From Malacoraja senta (taxonomy: Eukaryota): 64,000 bases of DNA. This document shows, piece after piece, positions 1-13,610 of this stretch; position 1 is the first letter of the stretch, and each line of letters starts with the position of its first letter. The DNA is taken from assembly GCA_038087875.1 (NCBI GenBank), contig CM075990.1:15254001-15318000 (forward strand), given 5' to 3'. Under the pieces are notes generated by a model. The model worked only from the letters and a program-made list of their open reading frames with translations. It searched no databases and was not told where the DNA came from. A program made the translations under genes and the position numbers.

Positions 1-329
1 ACAAGATGTGAAACAAAGATTGCATCGTACAACTGCATTCCAACTGGTGTTGTATCTCAGTTGCATTCCCGTTGATTAGAGTACCTGGCATAACAACCTT
101 CCTAGCACCACTCAAACATGAGACACCCTTATCAACTCCAAGAAGAACCATTAGTTTCATCTCTGCAATGTCATCCTTAAATATTTCCTGCTGTTTTCCC
201 AGCTACATGTCAAAGTTGATCTGCTGCCATTTTGCCAGCCGGCCTTCGTCTCGGTCCTCATCTTGACCATTTGAAGACCACATTTCATATTGGATCTGAC
301 TGGAGAATTAGCCTGGGTCAATAAATCAT

Positions 330-735
330 TCAAAGCACAAAGGGTTAGATGAACTTAAGGGGACAAGCAGCATCTGCGGAATGAAATGGACGGATAACTT
401 TTCTGGTCGGGAACTTTTATTCAGACTGATGGAGCAGAGAATAGCTGATGGAGGTGAGAGGGTGGGGTGGGGAAAGGGCTTGCAAGTGATAGATGGATTC
501 TGGAGCTGAGAAGTGGAATGGCAGATGAGTGATGGTGGCAATAGTAACCAAGGCTGGAGGTGATGAGTGGAGGAGACAAAAGGGTACAAATGGTGGAATC
601 TGATAAAGAAGGAAGAAAGTTCTCGACCAACAACATCGCTTGTGCATTTCCCTCCACAGATGATGCCTGACCCGCTGAGTTCCTCCAGCACTTTGTGTTT
701 TACTCAGGATTCCAGCATCTGCAGTTTCTTGAGTT
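330..735. mobile_element. Degenerate Penelope-tail element with inverted terminal parts
   Basis: aaagcacaaagg...cagcatctgcgga at left vs tccacagatgatgcctgacccgctgagttcctccagcactttgtgtttt at right. Confidence 0.65.
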
Positions 736-943
736 GCCAGCAAATCATTCCTGGTTTTACTTCTCTGGGAATGCTAGGACCTAAAGAATGTCCAGTCTGA
801 CAACCCCCCAGAACAAAGGGGCCTGCAGCAGTATTTAAATGGATACCTACATAGTAACCAATTAATTTAGAATTTATATTAAAATGCAACATTTTTATAT
901 CTGACAAAATATTATTGATTTCTGCTTTTTATTGATTTTTGGG

Positions 944-1247
944 ACAGCACGGTGGCGCAGAGGTAGAGTTGCTACCTGACAGTGCCAGAAACCCAGGTTT
1001 AATCCTGACTACGGATGCTATCTGTATGGAGTTTGCATGTCCTCCCTGTGACCGCGTGGGTTTTCTACGGGTGCTCCGGTTTCCTCCCACACTCCAAAGA
1101 GGCACAGATTTGTAGGTTAATTGGTTTCTGTAAATTGTAAAAATTGTCCCTAGTGTGTGTAGGACAGTCAGTGTGTGTGTAAGGGGTGATCGTTGATCAG
1201 GGCAGGCTCGGTGGGCCGAAGGGCCTGTTTCCACACTGTATCTCTGA
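944..1247 (+). mobile_element. HE1/V-SINE-like tRNA-derived SINE
   Basis: gcacggtggcgcag..gtagagttgct head, ggtttaatcc B-box-like, ggtttcctcccacactccaaaga core, gggccgaagggcctgtttcc tail. Confidence 0.85.
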
Positions 1248-1250
1248 AGT

Positions 1251-1599
1251 AGATACATAGATACATAGAAAATAGGTGCAGGAGTAGGCCATTCGGCCCT
1301 TCGAGCCTGCACCGCCATTCAATATGATCATGGCTGATCATCCAACTCAGTATCCCGTACCTGCCTTCTCTCCATACCCCCTGATCCCTTTAGCCACAAG
1401 GGCCACATCTAACTCCCTCTTAAATATAGCCAATGAACTGGCCTCAACTACCCTCTGTGGCAGAGAGTTCCAGAGATTCACCACTCTCTGTGTGAAAAAG
1501 TTTTTCCTCATCTCGGTCCTAAAGGATTTCCCCCTTATCCTTAAGCTGTGACCCCTTGTCCTGGACTTCCCCAACATCGGGAACAATCTTCCTGCATCT
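1251..1599 (-). mobile_element. CR1 (HER1-like) LINE 3' fragment, young subfamily
   Basis: SRTRGHSLRIRGKSFRTEMRKNFFTQRVVNLWNSLP (CR1 ORF2 C-terminus); tail repeat; nearly identical to 62445-62788. Confidence 0.92.
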
Positions 1600-1769
1600 A
1601 AGTGTACTGTAAAGTTGAATCAACCTTTCAACTATATCCTGCAGCTCAGCAGGGTTGATGCCCAAATGAGTTTGATGAAAACTCAAACTAAGCAGCACAT
1701 AACCTGATCCTGTCCAGTAGACAAGAGTGTCTGTTGGCAGATTGTTTAAAAACAAAGAAAATAAATTCA

Positions 1770-1997
1770 AAGGTACACAAAAGTGCTGGAGAAACTCAGC
1801 GGGTGCAGCAGCATCTATGGAACGAAGGAAATAGGCAACGTATCGGGCCGAAAACCCTTCTAAATTCAGGTTTAAGAAGGAACTGCAGATGCTGGAAAAT
1901 CGAAGGTAGACAAAAATGCTGGAGAAACTCAGCGGGTGCAGCAGCATCTATGGAGCGAAGGAAATAGGCAACGTTTCGGCCGAAACCCTTCTTCCTT
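1770..1997 (-). mobile_element. Two tandem short Penelope-tail insertions
   Basis: Two copies of gctggagaaactcagcgggtgcagcagcatctatgga, with target ttctaaattcaggt at 1858-1871 and 1998-2011 and taaattca at 1762. Confidence 0.8.
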
Positions 1998-2280
1998 TTC
2001 TAAATTCAGGTGTTGGGTATCCAGATCTTTGGTTGAACTTATAGCGTATGTGTAGAGCTGAATTCTCAGAGTTTAATTAAGAAATATACAATTAAAATGT
2101 AATTATCACTTGTGTTTGTTGCATACTCTCAACGTATTGCCACATGTTGATTTACAAGTTAATTAAGATTAAAATTGAAACACAATGGTTTTATGTTTAA
2201 AGCAAGCAAATAAAACATAAAACCTGCTTATAATCTTTGTATATTGACATGCTGCTGGAGGCTAAAATAGTACATGTTTT

Positions 2281-2580
2281 AACCAGGAGCAGAGGGCACA
2301 GCCTCAGAATAAAAGGATGTACCTTTCGGTACATCCTCGGAAGGAGATGAGGAGTAATTTCTTTAGCCAATGGAACTCATTGCCACAGATGGCTGTGGAG
2401 GCCAAGTCGGAGGGTATTTTTAAAGTGGAGATTGACAGGTTCTTGATTAGTGAAGGAGTCAAAGGTTACGGGGGAAAGGCAGGACAATGTGGTTGATGGG
2501 GGTAGATAGTACAACCATGTTTGAAAGGCGTAGACTTGATGGGCCGAATGGCTGAATTCTGCTCCTATGACTTATGAATA
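2281..2580 (+). mobile_element. Degenerate CR1 3' fragment
   Basis: agagggcacagcctcagaataaaagga...gggccgaatggctgaattctgctcctatgacttatg. Confidence 0.75.
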
Positions 2581-2939
2581 TAAAGATTATATCAAGAACA
2601 TTTTCAATCAAAATATGGCAGTTTCAAGGGTAATACTGTAACACTGGAGTCAGTGTTGATGCCTCACAGCTTCAGCTACCTGGGTTTGATCCTGACTTCG
2701 GGAGCGGTCTCTGTGGAGTTTACACATCCTCCATATGATGGCATAGGGTTCCCTCTTGATTCCCTGTAATAGAAGCCACACTGATTGGTGAATAGGCTCC
2801 TGTAATTTGGCAAACTTGTTTATGATATTGTTTACAGGCTGCTATGTTTACATGCTGCGTTGCTGCAGGCAAGAATTTCAATGTTCTATCTTGGACATGT
2901 GACAATAAATCTCGAAATTTCGAAATTTGACTCTTGAGG

Positions 2940-3149
2940 ATAGTCACAAAAAGTTGGAGTAACTCAGCGGGACAGGCAGCATCTTTGGGGAGAAGGAATG
3001 GGTGACGTTTCAGGTTGAAACCCAAAGGTGTCGACCCGAAACATCACCCATTCCTTCTCTCCAGAGATGCTGCCTGTCCCGCTGAGGTACTCCAACTTTT
3101 TATGTCTATCTTTGGTGTAAACCAGCATCTGCAGTTCCTTCCTACACAC
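2940..3149. mobile_element. Fold-back Penelope-tail insertion
   Basis: About 75-bp inverted arms; 13-bp TSD ttgactcttgagg (2927-2939, 3150-3162). Confidence 0.85.
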
Positions 3150-3769
3150 TTGACTCTTGAGGTATGAGAATGGGGGGGGGGGCAAGGAGTTTATGGGATT
3201 GTGTGGGGCAGTTGATTGCAGGGAAATAAGTGGGGAATGGGACTGATGGAAAACGCTGTGGGAGCTGGCATAGACTAGATGGGCTGAACGACCTCCTTGT
3301 GTGTTTTAAGAAAATATGTATATATGTTGAATGGAATCCCTGATCTGTGAAGACATAATTCGATGGATTCTCTCCATGAGGGATGTCAACATGTCTTTGC
3401 AAATCACAGAGAAGCCCATGTGTTAGACAGACATCACTATATCACTGCCAAAGAAGGGGAAAGTACTTAATAAAAACCACAGAGAATAACGACAGTTATT
3501 GCTAAAATGTACATTAGGTATAATAGAAACCTTCACAGATGAAAATTTATTAACCACATTCTGGGATGAAAAATTGGGCAGCATTTTAAGAAAATAAAGC
3601 TACCTTGATCAGTTCCAACCTGCACAGACTTTAGGGAGCAGCACAACCTCCATAATGTTACGTTAATGTTAGATTTGAACAATGCCCTTGACTAATTGAC
3701 ATATAATGGTCACTGATCTGATTTTCTGTGGGATACCTCATTCATTGTGTGTGGAGTCAATGTTTCTTT

Positions 3770-4510
3770 AGGTTCGTTTAGTTTGCAGACATAGCATGGA
3801 AACAGGCCCTTCGGCCCACCGAGTCCAAGCTGCCCAGCGATCACCCACCCACACTAGTTCCCTGTAATCCCACTTACCCCTCCACCCACTACGCACTTGG
3901 GGCAATTTTACAGAGGGCCAATTAACCCACAAACCCGTACGTTTTCGGGATGTGGGAGGAAACCGGAGCACCTGGAGCAAAACCACGTGGTCACAGGGAG
4001 TGTAGGAAAAAACTGCAGATGCTGATTTAAATCGAAGGTAGACACAAAATGCTGGACTATCAGCGGGGCAGGCAGCATCTCTGGAGGGAAGAAATGGGTG
4101 ACGTTTCGGGTCGAGACCCTTCTTCAGGCTGATGTCTGGGGAGTGGGTGGGACAGAGATAGAATGTCGTCAGAGACAGTAAGACTGGTGGGAGAACTGGG
4201 AAGGAGGAGGGAATGGAGAGAGAGAGGGAAAGCAAGTGCTATTTGAAGTTACAAAAGTCAATGTTCATACCGCTGGGGTTTAAGCTAACCAAGTGAAATG
4301 TGAGGTGCTGTTCCTCCAATTTGCACTGGGCCTCACTCTGACAATGGAGGAGGCCCAGGACAGAAAGGTCAGATTGGGAATGGGAGGGGGGAGTTAAAGT
4401 GCTGAGCAACCGGGAGACACAGGGAGAATGTGCAGACTCCACACAGACAGCACCCAAACTCAGGATCGAACCCGGGTCTGTGGTGCTGTGAGGCAGCAAC
4501 TTTACCACTG
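3770..4510 (-). mobile_element. HE1-like SINE interrupted by a Penelope 3' fragment (4001-4417); mirrored at 60896-61636
   Basis: SINE halves rejoin; TSD cacagggag at 3992-4000 and 4418-4426; insert encodes DLSVLGLLHCQSEAQCKLEEQHL (matches the Penelope ORF C-terminus). Confidence 0.85.
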
Positions 4511-6885
4511 TTTATATTTTTTAATATCCCTGCCTTGCAAGATACCAACCTCGGTAAAAAAAATTGAGTTTACAAATGCAGCTGATCAGAAACATGTCTT
4601 ATCTCCGTACTTGTTTTTCTGGGCTCCCTTTGTTCTTGTGCTGCAGTGGTTGAGTTTCAGGTGACAGAGCCAACACAATATGGTGCAAGGCACATCATTG
4701 CTAAGGTTCTGAATAACCTAGACGGCAAATGACACTGTTGTCCTTGAAAATGACTTGAATAGTGCTTAGGAATAGCTATTGAAGCTGTCATCCCATTGAG
4801 GATGTAACACTTTACTGTGAAGTAATTTAAGCGATTCAGTGAATGGAATCATCAGATGGAGACAATGGCATGAAAATCTATCATTTGGATGCCACCATGA
4901 AAGTTTGAGAGGATTCACTGACTGTTCTCTAAAGATCGGAAAAATAATTTCCACTCAACCATTTTCTTCAATCTTAAAAGCACTCTGTGGGAGGGAAATT
5001 AGAAGCTGTTACATTTTTAGAATTTACTTCGCATTAAGTGCTAAAGGCTTTGACCATGTGTGTTCTTGCTCAGTATCTGTGACCTCACGCACGCAATATG
5101 TTGCATCTTGCCGCCGTCAAGTAGAAAGCCCTTTTGTGGTTTAAAAAATAAAGTGCTGGAGGTTCTCGGTGTGTCGGGCAGCATCTGTGGAAGTAAATGG
5201 GCTGACCGTGTTTCGGGTGCGTTCTTCAGTCTGAAGAACGATCCTGACCCGAAATGCTGTCTACCTATTTTCCTCCACATGTGTTCCCTGACCCACCGAG
5301 TTCCTCCAGCACTTTGTTTTATGCTCAAATTTCCAGCATCCACAGTTTCTAGTTTGCACCCTTTTATGTTTGACTGGATATATTCCCACCACCGTCTGGA
5401 TGAAAAAAGTTGCTCCTCAAGTTCCTATTAAATCTTTCCCCTCTCACCTTAAACCTATGCTTTCTACTTCTTGATTCCCCTATCCTGGGAAAAATACTCT
5501 GTGCCTTCATCCTATCCATTCCCCTCATGATTTTACACGCCTCTGTAATATCACCCCCTGAACCCCTATGCGTTCAGAGCAATGAAGTCCTAGCCTGCCT
5601 AATCTCTCAAGCTCTCCCTGTAGCTCAGGCCTGCACGTCCTGGCAACATCCTGATAAAACTTCTCTGCACTCTTCCCAGCTTTCCAGATTATTCTCATAA
5701 ATTGCTTATCATCAGAGCTAATCAGTGAATGAAGTAAAAAATATGCCGGTAAGCACATTGATTGACCAGATGGAGTTTAAAGCATTCTCCATGTGCTCTT
5801 TGGATTAGAATTATAGTTTTATTTTTTAACTCTGTCATCAATTAAAGGTGTTTGGAATAGGATCAAAGTCGAAGTTAGAAATAGCTTTTTAAATAATTGG
5901 GGGATATTTTATGTGAATCATTTCCTCTGTAAAAGGCACTTAAATTGACTGTATTGGGTGTCTACAACTGTGCCAAAGCCATTAGTCGACTATTTAATTG
6001 CTGAAGTTGTTTTTGAAGACCAACAAAATGGAGAAGCATAGAAAATAGGTGCAGGAGGAGGCCATTCAGCCCTTCGAGCCAGCACCGCCATTCATTGTGA
6101 TCATGGCTGATCGTCCCCAATCAATAACCCATAGAAACATAGAAAATAGGTGCAGGAGGAGGGTACTTACAAATAAAGGTGGCAACCAAATGTGCATTGA
6201 AATAGAAAGTTCTGGAAATGCTTTGCTGGTCAGACAGCGACTGTGGTGAGAGAATCAGTCAATGTTTCAGGTTAATGATCAATGAAAGGTCAGTAATCAG
6301 CCAGAAGCAATGATAGTAGAAATGAGAACAATATGATGGAGCTGGTGAAAGTACCTGTGATGGCTTTAGGGAATAACACAAAAGTAGGTTGGAAGGAGAT
6401 GTTAATCGGTGAAGATTAATAATCTGACATGACTTGCAGGAGATTGCTATGAATACAGAAAATGGGAGATTCAAGACCTGGAATTGCTAATTGTCTGAAA
6501 TTGGTGAACCTTCCTGACCTCAAGTGCTGTCTACGTGGAGGTTACATGTTCTCCCTGTGACTGCGTTGGTTTTCTCCGGGTGCTCCGGTTTCCTTCCACA
6601 TCCCAGAGATGTGCATGTTTGCAGGTTAACTGGCCTCTGCAAATTGCCCCTAGTGTGCAGTGAGTGAATGAGAAAATGGGATAACATAGAACTAGTGTGA
6701 ATGGGTGATCTATGAATGATGGACATGAACTCAGTGCAACGAAGGGCCTGTCTCTACGCTGCATCTCTAAACTAAAGGAAACTAATTTTATGGGCAGGTA
6801 GACTCATGGAAGCTCATCATCCTGAAATGTTAATTGTTTCTTCCTCCACATATGTTGCCTAACATGGAACAGAACAGCACAGTAA

Positions 6886-7276
6886 AGCCCCTGTCCCACT
6901 TAGGAGACCCAAACAGCAACCTCTGGTGACCTTGCCCGCCATCCCAAAAAAAAATCAAGGTTGAGGCGACCTGCAACCTCCTACGACCTCCCACGCATAT
7001 GTTGAAAACCTTCCTCGACTATGAAGAAAACCGGCTTCGACTAGACCTGCGACTAAAAAATTATCGATTTTTTAAACGGCAACCTATTTTTAGTCGAGGC
7101 CGGTTTTAATCATGATGAAAAAATAGCAGCAACCTAGATGAAGCCTCGACCATGCGGAAACCACTTTCGACCATTAGAGAGAGTGACCAAAACCTCCGGT
7201 GACCTGATGGAAACCTTGGGTGGCGGGCAAGGTCACCAGAGGTTGCTGTTTAGGTCTCCTAAGTGGGACAGGGGCT
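6886..7276. mobile_element. MITE, PIF/Harbinger-like (mirrored at 58130-58520)
   Basis: About 58-bp TIRs agcccctgtcccacttaggagacc(c/t)aaacagcaacctctggtgaccttgcccgcca; flanks taa/caa; sits inside a CR1 tail. Confidence 0.8.
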
Positions 7277-10201
7277 CAACAGGCCCTTCAGCCCACAATG
7301 TCTGTGCTGAACATCTTGCCTAGAAGAATAAACCTCGTCTGCTTGGATGAGTTCCACATCCCTCCATTCCCTGCATTTTCATGTACCTATCTTAAAGCCT
7401 TTTAAACTCTACCACTGTACCTGCCTCCACCACCACCCCTGACAGCTCGTTCTTGGCACCCACCACCATCTGTGTAAAAACAGAAAGCTTGCCTCAAGCA
7501 TCTATTTTAACCTTTGCTCCTTTCAGCTTAAAGCTAAAGCCTCTAGTCTTTGACATTTCCACCCTGGAGAAAAAGGTTCTGACCCTGTTGTGCATTTCTG
7601 GTATTTTGGGTCTTTAACAGATTCCTACTATCAGCAGCAGTTTCCTTGTAGAAAGAAAGGATCTTGTTAGGCAGCCCCTAGCAACTGAACATGGTTTGCT
7701 TCCACTCTTGATCTGTAAGGTTCAGAGGTGACTGATGAGGCGAATGTGGGAACCACGGACTTCCGAGGCATGGAGTCATACAGCAGGGAAACAGGCCCTT
7801 CGGCCCAACTCGACTATGCCGACCAAGATGCTCTATTGCATTTGCCCATGTCGAGGTAAGAGATTAGAAAAAGTTTCCCCCAACTAAAGTACACTAAAAA
7901 CATACATTTAACACATACAAACAAACGACAAAGAAGGAAGGGACAGACAGACTGTTGGCAAGGCAGCCATTGCTTTTTGATCATGTCCGAGTGAATTTTA
8001 TTGAATTACTATTAAAACACAAAGTTCTTGTGCCATAACACCAGGATATGCGTTCAACCAAGAAAACCAAGTCCAATGCCAAAGTAGTATCTAAACTCCC
8101 TATACACACTTATGATATAGGGCAATAACTAACTTCATATTCAGTCATAAGCTACCTACATGTTGATAAACACATGTTGACAAACACACAATCTAAATGT
8201 TTAACCAAGAAACCCAATCCCAATGCCACATGAGAATCTACAATGCTTTCACACAGTTAAACTATGGGAGAACAAAAACTAGGCATGTAATTGAGGTAAA
8301 TGTTATTGTACTTGCCTCATCTGCAAAGATAGATCCTCCATCAACCTTCCCCTCATTATCTCACAAGACACACTGACAATACGTGTCCACCTGGAGGTTC
8401 TGGACTGATGCCCATATCTTGGGAACTATGTGACAGTGAAGGCAGACATCCCTGGTAAAACCTACCCTTGGCTTGACTGCGCCAGCACAGCCAGCGGTCA
8501 TCTGAGGTAAAAGATGTTTGAAGATCAAGACCTTCATACTCACACAAACCCTATGTTCAGTTGGGGCAGCAACAATCCCTGCCCTCCCCCTTGCTCTGAC
8601 ACCTAAGCAGGCTCCTGATAGAAGCATTTTGCTTTTAATCAAAAGTGCAGTTCTTTCACATTGTGAACCTTGACAACATTGTGGCACTCATGGCACTTCT
8701 ATGATCGTGTGACACACACAGCGATAAAGCACTGTGCGGACCTTGGATTGATTTTAACATTTCATGAGCATGTTGCTTTAAGACGCGGGTTCTTTGTGTC
8801 GGTTTCCATAACTTACTGGAGAAGATTACAAAGCTACTGATATAATATATTAGTTTGATAGACAGAATTACACCCAGACACATCCTGCTTTCCCCAGTGA
8901 CGCACGGTAACCAAGTGCGCTGTGATACTTCCATTGATTTATTACCAGGCTGGGAGGTTATGTGGGAGACAACATTCACACACCAGGAAGAAATTGGCCC
9001 AAGGCCTGTTGGATGAAGTTGCCCTGTAATTCACCAGAGATGTGTCACTATTAAACTGGAAAGGGTCACTGATAATACTCTTGAATTTATTAGCTTGCAG
9101 GGAAAAAAAAAAGTTCAATGCAACTTGTTATTTGATTGTTTGACATAATATTGTCAAGGCAAAATTCTCAGCTGACCAGAGTTCCACAATATATTTCAAA
9201 CCAGATGCCTCAGCTCTTGGCCTGACCTAGGAAGAACTGAACAATTCACCAGAGCGGTGGGTCAGCAAGCTAAGCAGTAATTAATCGCACTTTAAGACAA
9301 ATTCAAAATGAACAGGATAATATACGTTGCTGTGGATCTCAGTCGGTGTACAGTTCTGCAGAGTGCATGTGGGTGCATAATAAGAGCCTTTCAAATTCTA
9401 CATGTACTCTGATACTTTTAGTGCAAGTACTTTTTGAACCTCGTGTTGTTTTGGTCGTTGCTTTCATGTTAAAATGTATAATGGGCACCTTCTGATCTTA
9501 ACCTCTCCGATAACATATATGGTTTCCGACGGAGAAAAATCTTCTGTCTTGTACTTTCCTCTCCCTTTGTCCCGGCGCATGTAACGCTTTTTTGGCCTGA
9601 CAAACACCAGCTTTTTCTTTCCGCTGTCAGCTTTCTGAGATATTGGCTTGTCTTTGTTTGATAACAGGGTTAAAAATTATTCATTAAACTGACCCGGAGT
9701 TGCGTTGTTAACTGGGAAATTGCCTTGCTGTTCTATTTGGTTTATAGTTGTGATCAGAAGTAAATTTTTAACTTAATTAATTGGCCGTTGCTGTTGACAA
9801 GAAATTTATGTGGCAATAATTTGCCAGAAATGGATGTCATGCATAGGAAATGAGATATTCATCACAGGGTTGTGTTCTAACAGCTGCACTGCCTCTAATA
9901 TGAAAGATTTTTTTGTAACCAGCAAGATTCCTGCTGCTTACGCGGTGAGGATTACATATCCACACGATCCAATGCTTTCTGGAGTGGCACTTACGGAGAC
10001 TTCTTGATTTATTAGTGAATGTGAAAACAGAACTTGATGAGATTAAACAATTTAACGGCAGAAGTGATTCTGAAGAACTGATTTGTCACTGTGTGCCTCG
10101 GTAAATTTAATTCAAAATATATTTGAGAAGATCCAGCGGTAATCTACAATTTTAACTTAGAATACCTAATGCAACATCACTGTTGACCAGGCTAAGGATT
10201 T

Positions 10202-10865
10202 GTGTAGGAAGGAACTGCAGATGCTGGTTTAAACCAAAGATAGACACAAAATGCTGGAGTAACTCTGCGGGGACGGGCAGCATCTGTGGAGAGAAGGAAT
10301 GGGGGACGATTCGAGTCAAGACCCTTCTTCAGACTGAAAGTCACTGGAAAGGGAAATGAAAGATATAAACGATGATGTAGAGAGATATAGAACAAATTAA
10401 TCAAAGATATGCAAAAAAGTAGCAATGATAAAGGAAACAGGCCATTGGTAGCTGTAGGTACACAAAAATGCTGGAGAAACTCAGCGGGTGCAGCAGCATC
10501 TATGGAGCAAAGGAAATAGGCAACGTTTCGGGCCGAAACCCTTAGGTGAGAATGAATGTTGGTGTGACTTGAGTGGGGGGGGGGTGTTGGATAGAGAGGG
10601 AATGCAGTGGTTACTTGAAGTTAGATAAATCAATATTCATACCCCTGGGTTGTAAGCTGCCCAAGCAAAATATGAGATGCTGTTCCTTCAACTTGCGTTT
10701 AACCTCACTCTGACAATGGAGGAGACCTAGGACAGAAAGGTCAGTGTGGTAATGGGAAGGGGAAATAAAGTGTTTGGCAAACGGGAGATGAGGTAGGTTC
10801 AGGCAGACCGAGCAAATATGTTCAGCGAAACGATCGCCCAGTCTGCGTTTGGTCTCGCCGATGCG
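10202..10865 (-). mobile_element. Penelope 3' fragment with nested short Penelope tail (10460-10542); mirrored at 54541-55204
   Basis: GIY-YIG remnant (atcggcgagaccaaacgcagactgggcgatcgtttcgctgaaca = IGETKRRLGDRFAEH); inner TSD taggt. Confidence 0.85.
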
Positions 10866-11889
10866 TGTGGGTACGGGTACGAATAGTATGGATGTCAGGG
10901 ATAATGGGGAGAAGGCTGGAGAATAGGGTTGAGAGGGAAAGATAGATCAGCCATGATTGAATGGCGGAGTAGACTTGATGGGAGCTTCTGCCAATTAGTT
11001 CTTAATGCTGCTCTGAGATGGAAAAGACTAACTTTTGAGCTCTCGAGGAAGTACAAGAATCACATGGATCTGGAAAAGGGGATTCAAAAGGTCTTTCAAA
11101 TCTCTGCCCAGCCACCAAGCTAATTTGAAAAAGAAAGTGCAGAACTTTGAAACTCTGAACTTTCTCTGTGAAGAATATGTTTTGAAAAAAAGCAAGAGCA
11201 GTTGTTTTATGATGAAAAGTAAGTAAAATAGCCTGGGAAAACATAGCACAGTAAGCTGGTGTAGCTATCTTCCCACGTGAAGGCTCTGCTGACTATATAT
11301 AGGTGTTTTTTTTTTAAACTTCCTATGATTTATTAAACTACCCTTTACACTTCAGTATGACAGCTGGACCTGCAACACAAGACTTGCCTGTTTGAGATCT
11401 TTCAGTTTAAACTGGAATTTGAGATTAGCCTCTGGCAAAGTTGTGCTATATATCACTCACTGAGCGTTTGCATGCACAGGTATAAAATACACAAGCTTAA
11501 CATTTGGATGCAAATTCAGTGTTGAGTTGGAAATGTTGGGCTTACTGTAATGAGCCATTAACTGCCTGTTGTATGCAACTGCCTCTGGTCTTAACACTGG
11601 GTATCTGCATCTCCACACTGTAGAAATTAATGTGTAGGAAGGAACTGCAGATGCTGGTTTACATCAAAGATAGACACAACATGCTGGAGTAACTCAGCGG
11701 GACAGGCAGCATCTCTGGAGAGAAGGAATGGGTGGGACCCTTTTGGGTCGAGACCCCTTTTCAGACTCAAGTCTTCAAATTGAGCCAGTTTCAGCATATG
11801 ATCGGCCATCATGTGATCCCTTGCACAGTGCAAGTGGAATTAAGTGTAAATTGTAAAATTATTTGAAATGCTCCAAATGGCTTTCAGTT

Positions 11890-12205
11890 TTTAGTTTAGT
11901 TTAGAGATACAGCGCAGAAACAGGCCCTTCGGCCCACCGGGTCCATGTAGAGTAGCGACCCCCGCATATTAACACTATCCTACACACACTAGGGACAAGT
12001 TTTACATTTACCAAGCCAATTAACCTACATAACTGTACGTCTTTGGAGTGTGGGAGGAAACCGAAGATCTGGGAGAAAACCCACGCAGGTCACGGGGAGA
12101 ACGTACAAACTCTGTACAGACAGCGCCCATAGTCGGGATCAAACCCGGGTCTCCGGCGCTGCATTCGCTGTAAGGCAGCAACTCTACCGTTGCGCCACCG
12201 TGCCG
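11890..12205 (-). mobile_element. HE1-like SINE (mirrored at 53201-53516)
   Basis: Full head-to-tail copy with (ctaaa)n tail. Confidence 0.88.
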
Positions 12206-12899
12206 ACCCGTGACTTCTCAGTTAATACGTCCTTTTGGCATCGTAGACTCATGCAGTGTGGAAACAGGCTCTGGCCCAACCAGCCCGCACGACCAACATG
12301 CCCTATCTACACTAGTCCCACCAGCCTTCCCTCTGAATCTGTCCCATTCATGGACCTGTCCAAATGTTTCTTAAACGTTGCGATCGTACCTGCCTCAACT
12401 ACCTCCTTCAGCAGCTCGTTCCATACACCCACCCACCACTCTTTCTTTGGCATCTTTTTTAGTGGAGCACGTGGCAACTATTTTATTGGAGACAAAGAAG
12501 AACTGCAGATGCTAGAATCTGGAGCAAAATGCCGAGTGCTGGAGGAACTCAGTGAACTAGGCGTTCTGCCCCTCTGGACAAGGACTGCTGGATCTCCTGG
12601 TGGTGAACCATTTTCAACCTTCTTTCACCATACCCATACCAACCATTCTGTCCTGGGCCACCTCCATTGCCAGAGTGAGACCACACACAAACTGGGGAAA
12701 CAGCACCGCATATTCCGCTTACAGCCCAATGGTATGAACATTGAATTCTCGAATTCAAAGTAATATGCTCCTATCCTCTCTCCCTTCCCTGTGCCCCACC
12801 CTGCGCCCTGTGCACCTATTTCTCTCATTACCCTGCCCCAGTTACAGTGTTCTTTTCCCTGCCTTTGTTTACTCATCCCCCATATCCTAGTCCCTCGCT

Positions 12900-13099
12900 N
12901 NNNNNNNNNNNNNNNNNNNNNNNNNNNNNNNNNNNNNNNNNNNNNNNNNNNNNNNNNNNNNNNNNNNNNNNNNNNNNNNNNNNNNNNNNNNNNNNNNNNN
13001 NNNNNNNNNNNNNNNNNNNNNNNNNNNNNNNNNNNNNNNNNNNNNNNNNNNNNNNNNNNNNNNNNNNNNNNNNNNNNNNNNNNNNNNNNNNNNNNNNNN
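12900..13099. other. Assembly gap (200 N)
   Basis: Run of N. Confidence 0.99.
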
Positions 13100-13320
13100 A
13101 ACTGCATGTACAAAAGATAGAGAAGAGAAACATACCAGAGCACAGCAAAGGGTTCTCAACATTGCGGCATAACAGTCCAGCGAAAAAGTTCAATGTTCGC
13201 AGGGAGGTAGGTTGGAGAAGCAGAACTGCACCATAGCTTACGAAAGGACTGTACAGAAGTCTGATAAAAGAGGGGAAGAAGCTGTTCCCGACTCTGATGG
13301 TACGCACTTTCAAACATTGT
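13100..13320 (-). mobile_element. Rex1/Babar-like LINE 3' remnant
   Basis: KVRTIRVGNSFFPSFIRLL resembles the Rex1/Babar C-terminus. Confidence 0.55.
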
Positions 13321-13326
13321 ATTCTT

Positions 13327-13610
13327 GGGCGGCACAGCGGTAGAGTTGCTGCCTTACATCACCAGAGACCCGATTTGATCCTGACTACGAGTGCTGCCTG
13401 TACGGAGTTTGCACGTTATCCCCGTGGGTTTTCCCCGGGAGCCCCGGTTTCCTCCCACATTCCAAAGACGTACAGGATTGTAGGTTAATTGGCTTGGTAT
13501 AATAGTAAATTGTCCCTAGTGTGTGTAGGGTCGTGTTAGTATGCAGGGATTACTGGTCGGCGTGGAATTGGTTGGCCGAAGAGCCTGTTTCCATGCTGTA
13601 TCTCTAAACT
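13327..13610 (+). mobile_element. HE1-like SINE
   Basis: Same head, core and tail as 944-1247. Confidence 0.85.

Larger units (their letters stand above)
3622..12899 (+). repeat. Copy 1 of 9,278-bp inverted duplication (partner 52507-61784)
   Basis: Every ORF in the track has an identical opposite-strand twin with coordinate sum 65406 (e.g. 3768+61638, 12050+53356). Copy ends at the first N gap. Confidence 0.97.

Noticed and set aside
1..290. Minus-strand open frame running off the window (MKCGLQMVKMRTETK...)
   Set aside because: No recognisable protein family or splice context; cannot be supported.
944..1010. tRNA genes at SINE heads
   Set aside because: They continue into SINE core and tail; no intact cloverleaf evident.
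9465..9670. Basic minus-strand frame LLSNKDKPISQKADSGKKKLVFVRPKKRYMRRDKG...
   Set aside because: In-frame stop just upstream, no clear acceptor site, no recognisable homology.
12050..12763. 237-aa ORF (and its twin 52643-53356)
   Set aside because: Chance read-through across SINE, CR1 and Penelope fragments.
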